DNA from: Trueperaceae bacterium
GTDB taxonomy: Bacteria; Deinococcota; Deinococci; Deinococcales; Trueperaceae
Reading direction: 5' to 3'
Assembly: GCA_965213925.1 (NCBI GenBank)
Contig: OZ243927.1
Location: 2,752,001 to 2,816,000 of the forward strand
DNA length: 64,000 nt
A model generated the notes under the pieces. The model saw only the letters and a program-made list of their open reading frames with translations. It had not been told where the DNA came from and searched no databases. Shown piece after piece: positions 58,753 to 64,000 of the stretch; the stretch's first letter is position 1; each line of letters begins with the position of its first letter. A program made the translations under genes and the position numbers.

Positions 58753-60368
58753 CTCGTGACCTCTTGTCTTGTGACGGTTAAGAGCGTATGTGCAGAGAGG
58801 TCAGTGAGCGTCGAGACCGCACCGTCAGTCCAGAGGATGTCCAGATGTGAAAGCGAGGCGTCTTCAGGGATGCCTAAGTGGATTCTAGGAGCGTCCCCGC
58901 TCAGATAGCCGCTGCCACTTTTGATCTCTCGAGTCAACGTCCCTTCACTCGTGTGGAGTTTAAGCGTTGCACCTAAGCCCCGAGTATTTTTATCCGATTG
59001 AAAGAGGTCAAGCTCGAGCCCCGCCCCACCGCACAGTTGATTTTCAAAGAGAACAGCAGGCGACTCCAAGTTATTCACAACGATGTCCAAATCCCCGTCG
59101 TTATCCATATCCGCCATCGTCATGCCGCGTCCCCCTTCCCGCGCATTCAAGTTCCATTCGGGCACCGGTTCGAAACCTTGCTTCGTGTTTCTAAAGACCT
59201 GATTCTCTTCGACGAGTTCATCATTTGGCAAGTGCGCAAAGACCTCGTTCGCCCGCATTCCGTTGACCACGTAGAGGTCCAGACGCCCGTCGTTGTCGAG
59301 GTCGCCAAACTTGCCCGCCCAACTCCAGCCCGTCGCGTCAAGTTTATAGGTATAAGCGAGGTTTTCGAAGCCGCCTTCCGTGCGGCTATAAAGCACGTTT
59401 TCTTCAGTTTGAACTTTTTTGCTAACGTTGCGCTGATAGCTCTTTTCCATCAAGGGCATCCAGGCGGCTAAGGCTTTAGGGTCAGAAAAGTCGGGCTTCA
59501 TGTCGGTAGCGAACAGCTCGAGCCGCCCGTCATTATCCACGTCGCCTGTGTCGAAGCTCATCGTATTGCGTGTCGTGGTTTCGAAGGGTGACACCTCTTG
59601 CCAGCCTTCCGGCGTATTCAGATAGGCATAGTCCGGCACTTCGAAGTCGTTCCCTACCAAAATATCGCGTTTGCCGTCTTCGTCAATATCGAAGAGCGTG
59701 ACAGCGAGCGCTTGCGAACGCTCAGCGAGCCTCGTTTCCAAGAATCCATCCGGCGTGTTCTCGTAGACAAAGACGCCCGCACCGCTCGAGAACAAAAAGC
59801 TATCTCTCAGGTCTTTCTCCAGAAGCGAATCATATGACGCCGTTGCAAGGTCCAAGTCGCCGTCCGCGTCAAGGTCATCCCAAAGCATCGTATACGCCTT
59901 TTGCGTGACGCCTTTTAGAACGCTTCGTTCGAACCTACCCTGAACGTTTTTCCAATAGCTGAGCGAGCCCAAACTCTGCGTGAAGACGAGGTCGAGCCAC
60001 CCATCGCCGTTCACATCCACGAGGGTGACGGCTCTCGAGTCGCCGTGCGTCAGCGCCTCCTCGCGAAACGACAAACCGCCCTCGTTCCAGAAAATCGCGT
60101 TGTCGCCGTCTAAGTTAGCGAGGACAAGCTCCAAGTCGCCGTCATTGTCCAGGTCGCCTACTGCTACCCCTGCGCCGTTGGAGTCGTAGTAGGTGACCTC
60201 TTCGCCGTGAGCGCGAGTGATGTGGTCCAAAGGGTGCTTAATAAAAGTATCAGCGCATGAACTTATGTTTAACGGCGTCACCTCAACACCGACAGGTACG
60301 GTTTGCGCGTAGGTAAGCGTCATTAGAGCGAGTCCTACAAAGAGTGAGAATAGCGTGCGCGTCATCAT
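58749..60368 (-). CDS. CRTAC1/ASPIC-UnbV family FG-GAP repeat protein, secreted
   Basis: Repeated D(L/V)DNDG.LD blades, WSW...FGDLDNDG.LDLYVVNG, C-terminal G.GYLS....RIHLG. Confidence 0.88.
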   Translation of the reverse strand: MMTRTLFSLFVGLALMTLTYAQTVPVGVEVTPLNISSCADTFIKHPLDHITRAHGEEVTYYDSNGAGVAVGDLDNDGDLELVLANLDGDNAIFWNEGGLSFREEALTHGDSRAVTLVDVNGDGWLDLVFTQSLGSLSYWKNVQGRFERSVLKGVTQKAYTMLWDDLDADGDLDLATASYDSLLEKDLRDSFLFSSGAGVFVYENTPDGFLETRLAERSQALAVTLFDIDEDGKRDILVGNDFEVPDYAYLNTPEGWQEVSPFETTTRNTMSFDTGDVDNDGRLELFATDMKPDFSDPKALAAWMPLMEKSYQRNVSKKVQTEENVLYSRTEGGFENLAYTYKLDATGWSWAGKFGDLDNDGRLDLYVVNGMRANEVFAHLPNDELVEENQVFRNTKQGFEPVPEWNLNAREGGRGMTMADMDNDGDLDIVVNNLESPAVLFENQLCGGAGLELDLFQSDKNTRGLGATLKLHTSEGTLTREIKSGSGYLSGDAPRIHLGIPEDASLSHLDILWTDGAVSTLTDLSAHTLLTVTRQEVTR

Positions 60369-60417
60369 AAGAGGAGATGGGGCGTGCTGAGAGCACGCCC
60401 TGTCAACGTGTCATCTA

Positions 60418-61707
60418 CTAGAAGAGACCGTTGATCTCTTCGTTGGCTGCGGGCAGCGCCGTCTCCGGCTCGACTTGACCGAGCAAGATGCTCTGCATGG
60501 TGCGCGTCATGATCTCGTCCACCTGCGCAGCGTAGTCGGTGACGGGGAAGAGGAACGTCGCCCCTTCGATTTCGGTGAGGTCGGAGAACGCGGTCACATC
60601 TACGCCCTTCTCCTCAAACGCCGCCACTGCGGTATCGACGGCCGACTCCACCGCCGGAAAGACCACCGCGTATGAAGCGACGACATCTTGACACTCGGGC
60701 GAAGCTAAGAACTTGACCCACGCCCACGCCGCCTCTTGGTTATCCGTGCCCGCCCAGATGGAGTCCGCAAGCCCGTTGAACATGCTCTTCTTACCTTCAG
60801 GACCAGCAGGAACGTAGGCGAAGCCAACCGGAAACTCGGCGCTGTTGATGTTCGTGCCGATGTTCCAGCTTCCGTCGGTGAGCGTGGCTCCTCTACCTGC
60901 GGCGAAGAGCGCATTTTTACCGAGCGCGTTGACCTCTTCAAAGGTGGGCGCGAAGCCCCGCTCGACGAGGCTCTGATACCCCGCGATGGTGGCGATAAAG
61001 CGCGGGTCGCTGTAGTTGTATTCCTCGGCGTAGAGGTCGTCGATGAAGTTCCAACCCGTCGAGGCGGCAAAGGACGCCCACTGCGTCTGCCCGTTGAAGT
61101 TCGCGCCGTCGGAGGCTAAGTAGCCGTACTGCTCGACGTTTCTGGGGTCAAAGTCGGGCGAGAGACCGTTGTTGCCGTTCGCGTCGATAGAGAGCCGCGC
61201 GACGATGTCGGTAAAGGTACCGCCGTCTTCGGGGTTCCAGGTGGCGTTGTTGAGTTCTTCCGCCGTGACGCCTGCCGCTTCCAACATCTGCTCGTTGTAG
61301 ACCACCGCGATGGTGTCCCAGTCTTTAGGAAGCCCGAAGCGCTCGCCGTCACGAGTCCAGAGTTCAGCTAAGTCGCCGACGTAGATGTCCGTCGGCACGC
61401 CGTCCGCCTCGACGAGCGGCTGAATATCCACGAGTTGACCGTTCGCCGCGAGTTCCGGGTAGCGGGCTAGATGGTTGGTGAAGACGTCAGGCGCAGTCCC
61501 CGAGACCATGCCCGTGGTGATGCCGCCCCAGTAGTCACCCCAGCCCTGCTGCGTAATCTGGACTTGAATGTCGGAATTTTGCTCCATGAAGATGTTCGCG
61601 CATTCCTGATACGCGGGCTGTTGGTTGGCGTCCCAGAGCCAATAGTCGATCTGTTGGGCGAAGGCTGCGCCTGTAGCGAGCGTAGCGGCGGTTAAAAACT
61701 TCTTCAT
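60418..61707 (-). CDS. Sugar ABC transporter substrate-binding protein
   Basis: Signal peptide; WLWDANQ.PAY, APDVFTNH, GLPKDWDT.A..YN. Confidence 0.92.
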   Translation of the reverse strand: MKKFLTAATLATGAAFAQQIDYWLWDANQQPAYQECANIFMEQNSDIQVQITQQGWGDYWGGITTGMVSGTAPDVFTNHLARYPELAANGQLVDIQPLVEADGVPTDIYVGDLAELWTRDGERFGLPKDWDTIAVVYNEQMLEAAGVTAEELNNATWNPEDGGTFTDIVARLSIDANGNNGLSPDFDPRNVEQYGYLASDGANFNGQTQWASFAASTGWNFIDDLYAEEYNYSDPRFIATIAGYQSLVERGFAPTFEEVNALGKNALFAAGRGATLTDGSWNIGTNINSAEFPVGFAYVPAGPEGKKSMFNGLADSIWAGTDNQEAAWAWVKFLASPECQDVVASYAVVFPAVESAVDTAVAAFEEKGVDVTAFSDLTEIEGATFLFPVTDYAAQVDEIMTRTMQSILLGQVEPETALPAANEEINGLF

Positions 61708-61778
61708 TACTTCCTCCTTAGAATTGCAAGCTCCCTACGTAAAAGGTGATGTGGGAGGGATTGCTAGAAATGAGCAAC

Positions 61779-61860
61779 TCAGCATTTCAGCGTGTCAGCA
61801 TTTCAGCTAGTCAGGAAAATCTAAAACCTGAAATGCTGACGTGCTGACTAGCTGACACGC
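61779..61860. repeat. Octamer-periodic palindromic intergenic repeat, family A, copy 2
   Basis: TCAGCATTTCAGCGTGTCAGCATTTCAGCTAGTCAGG...CCTGAAATGCTGACGTGCTGACTAGCTGAC. Confidence 0.8.
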
Positions 61861-62783
61861 TATTTCAGTCCACTAAACTGCAACGAATTCACCACTTGTC
61901 GCCCCAACACGATGAGCAGGATGAACACGGGGATGATGCTCAAAAACGTGCCCGCCATGAGCCCCGTCCAGTCGGGTGCGCCCTGCGGCGTCTGGGTGCG
62001 GAAAAATTGCAAGGCGACGGTTAAGACGCGCACGCTGTCGTCCTTGCCAACCAAGAAGGGCCAGAAGAACTCGTTCCACATCTGAATGCTCGTCAAGATA
62101 ATGAGCGTGATGATCGGTGTGCGGCTCATGGGTAAGATGATGCGCCAGAAGATACCGAAGGGTGACGCGCCGTCCAAGCGAGCTGCCTCCTCGAAGGCGG
62201 CGGGAATCCCTAAAAAGAACTGCCTGAGGAAGAAGACCGCGAAGGGCGACATCAGGAAGAAGGGCGCAACCATGCCCGCGTAGGTGTCGAGCCAGCCCAG
62301 GTTGCGAATCAGGATGAAGTTGGGGATGAAAAGCACGATGGCGGGCACCATCAGCGCGGAGAGGTACAATAAGAAAATCGCGTTGCGCCCCGGAAACTTG
62401 AGCCGCGCAAAGGCGTACGCTGCCATCGCGCTGAAAAAGGTCTGCCCGAGGACGATGAGCGTTGTAAACACCACCGAGTTACCCATCGCCCGCAAGAAAT
62501 TGATGTTGCCGCTGCTGCCCCCCGCCGCCACGCTCTCCTCCGCGCTGACGAAGCCCAGGACCCGGCGAAAGTTAAATAGGGTCGGGTCACCGGGAAACAG
62601 CTCGCCGACGCTCCCGAAAAGGGCGCGTTGCGGCGTCAAGGCGGTTTTGAAGACGATGAAAATCGGAAAGAGGGTGAGCGCAATCAAAAAGATGAGGAGC
62701 GCCCAGGTGAGAATGCGTCCGACACTCCACTTGCGGTCACTGACGGTATTTGAAGTGGCTGTTTTTGAGGTTGCTGTTGCCAT
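61860..62783 (-). CDS. Sugar ABC transporter permease (MalG-like)
   Basis: AAYAFARLKFPGR, FEEAARLDGA, WNEFFWP. Confidence 0.93.
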   Translation of the reverse strand: MATATSKTATSNTVSDRKWSVGRILTWALLIFLIALTLFPIFIVFKTALTPQRALFGSVGELFPGDPTLFNFRRVLGFVSAEESVAAGGSSGNINFLRAMGNSVVFTTLIVLGQTFFSAMAAYAFARLKFPGRNAIFLLYLSALMVPAIVLFIPNFILIRNLGWLDTYAGMVAPFFLMSPFAVFFLRQFFLGIPAAFEEAARLDGASPFGIFWRIILPMSRTPIITLIILTSIQMWNEFFWPFLVGKDDSVRVLTVALQFFRTQTPQGAPDWTGLMAGTFLSIIPVFILLIVLGRQVVNSLQFSGLK

Positions 62784-62807
62784 CTCTATCTCCTTACGCT
62801 CGAGTTG

Positions 62808-63737
62808 TTAAGCAAGGTCCGACGAGTCGCCGCGCAAAAAGCGCATCTGAAGAAGCGTCACCGCGATGAGCAGCAGGAATAGCACCACAGACATCGCCGT
62901 GGCGTAGCCCATCCTGAAGAACTCGAAGGCGTTTTGATAGATGTAGTAAACCAAGACCCGCGTCGCGTCGACCGGACCACCCTGCGTCGTGACGGCGACG
63001 GTGTCAAAAATCTGGAACGAGCCGACCAAGGCTGTGACCAGCACGAAGATCATGATGGGGCGTAAGAGGGGCAACGTGATGTTGCGAAACATGCGCCACT
63101 CGCCCGCGCCGTCGATGGTGGCGGCTTCGTAGAGCGATTTAGGGATGCTCTGAATCCCGGCGTAAAAGAGCAGCGCGTTAAAGCCCATGTGCCGCCAGAT
63201 ATTGATGCCTGCGATCGTAGGCAGCGCCTGCTCCACCGAGCCGAAGAAGGGCTGACGCCCGATGCCGATGTTGGTCAGGAGCGCGTTACCCCAACCCAAA
63301 AGCGGGTCCAACATCCAGAGCCAGATGAGCGCGACGATGACGTTGGAGAGAAGATAGGGAAGCACAAACACACCGCGCACGAAGATAGATTTGGCGACGC
63401 GGTCCATCACCACGGCGATAAAGAGTCCTAGTGCGGTCTGCAAAGGGATGTTGTAGAGCACGTAGAGCCAGGTGACGCCCATCGCGTTCCAGAAGTCACC
63501 GTCGCTAAAGAGTTCGCGGTAGTTCTCGAAGCCTACCGCTTCGGGTGGGCGCAAGAGGTTCCACTCGGTGAAGCTGATCTGCACCGCTCTGATGGAGGGG
63601 ATCGCGAAGAAGACCGCGAACCCGATGAGGCTCGGCAAAATAAAGAGGTACGCCGTGAGCGCTTCTTGACTGGTGAACTTGCTCATGAACGAAGGCTCGT
63701 CTCGTTTAGCGGGCGTAGGGGCGGCTCTGGTGCTCAC
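62808..63737 (-). CDS. Sugar ABC transporter permease (MalF-like)
   Basis: AYLFILPS, WRHMGF, SLYEAATIDGA, GSFQIFD; start moved to GTG 63737 after AGGAGG. Confidence 0.93.
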   Translation of the reverse strand: MSTRAAPTPAKRDEPSFMSKFTSQEALTAYLFILPSLIGFAVFFAIPSIRAVQISFTEWNLLRPPEAVGFENYRELFSDGDFWNAMGVTWLYVLYNIPLQTALGLFIAVVMDRVAKSIFVRGVFVLPYLLSNVIVALIWLWMLDPLLGWGNALLTNIGIGRQPFFGSVEQALPTIAGINIWRHMGFNALLFYAGIQSIPKSLYEAATIDGAGEWRMFRNITLPLLRPIMIFVLVTALVGSFQIFDTVAVTTQGGPVDATRVLVYYIYQNAFEFFRMGYATAMSVVLFLLLIAVTLLQMRFLRGDSSDLA

Positions 63738-63830
63738 ATCTCTCCTCCTAAGTGACCAGCATTTCTCGGGCAGTACGGTACCCAAGAATATCGACCTTCT
63801 CGCGAATACAAACTCGGCTGAAAGCTGTTA

Positions 63831-63876
63831 ATAAAGCGTGTTAGTAAATGTACGAGTCTCTACCGCATTTTGTCAA
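63831..63876 (-). promoter_or_regulatory. Promoter and LacI-type operator of the ABC-melA operon
   Basis: Minus strand TTGACA-18 nt-TACATT followed closely by CTAACACGCTTTAT. Confidence 0.7.
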
Positions 63877-63963
63877 CCCTCGAGCCTTCGTACAGGTCCT
63901 TATACGGAATTGCACAGTTTACTTACCCTAACTGAGAGCGCTAGAGCTTACTATCACAGATAG

Positions 63964-63994
63964 GCATGACTTTGTTTTGCAAACAAAGTCATGC
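63964..63994. terminator. Inverted repeat at the window end
   Basis: GCATGACTTTGTTT-TGC-AAACAAAGTCATGC. Confidence 0.55.
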
Positions 63995-64000
63995 AACCTC

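Overview
A GC-rich bacterial chromosome segment. It is most consistent with Deinococcota (Truepera-like); this is an inference from the Thermus-type PaaR box and paaABCD layout, the class II photolyase, and many genes with a -10 box 6-8 nt before the start codon. The window holds about 50 genes: housekeeping genes (hup, lepA, an iscA-like gene, ftsE, dusA, asnB, tRNA-Trp), transporters (CPA2 with a zf-UBP tail, NhaC, two sugar ABC systems), paaR-paaABCD with a CoA transferase, a melA/LacI alpha-galactoside locus, scattered polysaccharide genes and one decayed IS630. The most unusual items are: (1) an ExbB-ExbD operon whose TonB/TolA-like partner ends in a DUF3048-like domain; (2) an AT-rich cassette encoding a small peptide, a lipoprotein cysteine peptidase and a Cys-rich lipoprotein; (3) an IS630 relic carrying three small hairpin insertions, two of them related; (4) an ASPIC/UnbV propeller gene and a His-motif membrane protein gene inside the melA operon, near a lysyl-oxidase-like gene; (5) several small intergenic repeat families. 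No CRISPR array, rRNA or prophage was seen. All family assignments come from motif recognition by eye, not from database searches.
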